A stretch of 62,915 nucleotides of DNA, counting the filler, from Basidiobolus ranarum (lineage: Eukaryota), in NCBI GenBank assembly GCA_040143965.1. It is 27 parts of 27 records of this genome, joined end to end, with 100 filler letters (N's around TTAATTAATTAA, not from the genome) between each part and the next. Parts side by side here need not be neighbours in the genome. Positions count along the whole stretch, not along the records: positions 60,693 to 62,915 come from JASJQH010010492.1; 26 more parts are not named here. One strand, given 5' to 3'. The position numbers were made by a program, and so were the translations under genes. This document shows, one piece after another, positions 61,467 through 62,915 of the stretch; position 1 is the stretch's first letter, and each line of letters starts with the position of its first letter. The notes beneath the pieces are model-generated. The model had not been told where the DNA came from. It saw only the letters and a program-made list of their open reading frames with translations, and made no database searches.

Positions 61467-62915
61467 TTATGATTTCAACTCTTTATAGTTTTTGCCGATT
61501 TCTCTCTACCAGCTTAATGCTCAACTGGTTTATATCTTGTATAGTCACATAATGAATAGTAAATCCACTTCGGTCGCTACTATCTGTCCCTGTGGTAACG
61601 CGTATCTACGTTTCATCGACTCCTACCCATTCACCTAATATAGAACATAGTGTATGTTATCCAGGAACATTACACCGGAGCCTCTCAATAAATATTTAAC
61701 CTAATGTACTCAAGATCTTATCCCAGTCTAACCTCTATATCTGTCAGTCCTGGCTTCAACCGCCCCGATGGCACCATCCATGACTAAACTTTCAAGAGCT
61801 ACAACACAACTTGTGAAGTGTTTCCAGATTCAAAAACGGACAAACTCCTCATTCCTACAACCTTTCCGCTGCTCCTTTTCGGGAGCAATCCAATATTATG
61901 GCAAAATGGGGATGCTATTATTATCCTTGTATCTGGAAAGTAATCCTTAAGTCTCGAATAAATGTCCACAGTACTTCATCTAATTGAATTTGAATTTTTG
62001 TCAGAAGTTCAATTAACTGAATGATGATAGATTGAGCCAACGAAACAAAACAAGTCTCAACACTGAATTGAGCCTTTAGTGATTAGTTATGGATAAAAGA
62101 TGCTGTATAATCTTGACACATCATCCAATTCTAGCTTCTACCAGCGGTTTTCATTTGCCTCTGTATTCGACATGAATTGGTCCTCTTGTATGGTAAATGT
62201 ATCACGGACTAATGTTTCTTTTGATGGTGTAAAGTGGTACGACGAGGTAGATGGTGTAAGAGGTCAGTAGCTGAGCAATCTATTGTGTATTAGCGTAGGC
62301 CAATGTGGATGGTGATACATTACCTTTCAAACTATTTGATCCAAGTAATTAACTAATTGCCATTTTTGGTATATCAATCTGCGATGCTTGAGATATATCT
62401 ACCTAACCCTAAGTAATTGAAGATGGATATCACCCTATCACCATCTTGTTTCTATACGTTTGGTATACTTCATCTGACAGTAAATTCTCAGATTCTGCAA
62501 CCCATTGTATGTCATTCACTGAAGAATAGGTGACAGTGCTTTCACATTATTAACTTCAAAAAGGATAAGGTCAGAAGAATCCAGTGCCTGATGGTAACAA
62601 GGTAGGAGCCAGGCACATACTATCACCGTCTTTCCTCACGAAGAGGAATGAGTAATCAAGTGGAAACATTCATCATGATTGTTGAACTTCTTAATAGAAG
62701 GACATTAACAATGTTCAAGTTTCGAATCCTTGACATTTTGATGAATTTGTTCATTTATGGGATTGGTTGATTTAGTAGTTGATTTTGATTTTGATCAGTG
62801 TCGTCATTGGCTTAAGAATACTCGTGAAACGAGGAATTTCAATAGTTTCTACTTCTAAATCCCATAAAATAGCAGGAGGTATAAAATGAAAGGGATGGCA
62901 TTATGAAACTTTGTT

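Noticed and set aside
62402-62412. Short telomere-like words (also ~429-438 and ~39490-39503)
   Set aside because: Two units or fewer, internal, and without the CACC-N4-GGTG/CATCCCC context

Overview
This is not one continuous locus. It is 27 short contigs (~2.2 kb each, decreasing in length) joined by artificial 100-nt linkers (N-run + TTAATTAATTAA + N-run), so neighbours across a linker are not biologically adjacent. The DNA is AT-rich eukaryotic and fungal-looking: short GT-AG introns, CCCTAA telomere repeats, fungal-type proteins. An early-diverging fungus (Zoopagomycota/Mucoromycota-like) is my inference only. Most contigs are nested, decayed transposons: at least two Ty1/Copia families with different primer-binding sites, a high-copy CMC-EnSpm (CACTA-like) element with CCCTAACA termini, a Ty3/Gypsy gag remnant, a DDE_Tnp_4 (IS5/Harbinger-like) element and an uninterrupted LINE ORF2. 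Host sequences are a dense mixed tRNA cluster, a secreted catalase 5' part, tandem alkaline phosphatases, a SER3/SER33-like 3' part, pseudogenes of importin-beta, a PHO84-like transporter and a KP4 toxin, and an orphan 469-aa ORF. The most notable signals are (i) head-to-tail 5'-truncated elements that all end in AATAAA..CACC-N4-GGTG..CATCCCCCTAACCC next to a telomere tract, suggesting a telomere-extending retroelement, and (ii) a degenerate, intron-containing Fanzor (TnpB-like) gene.
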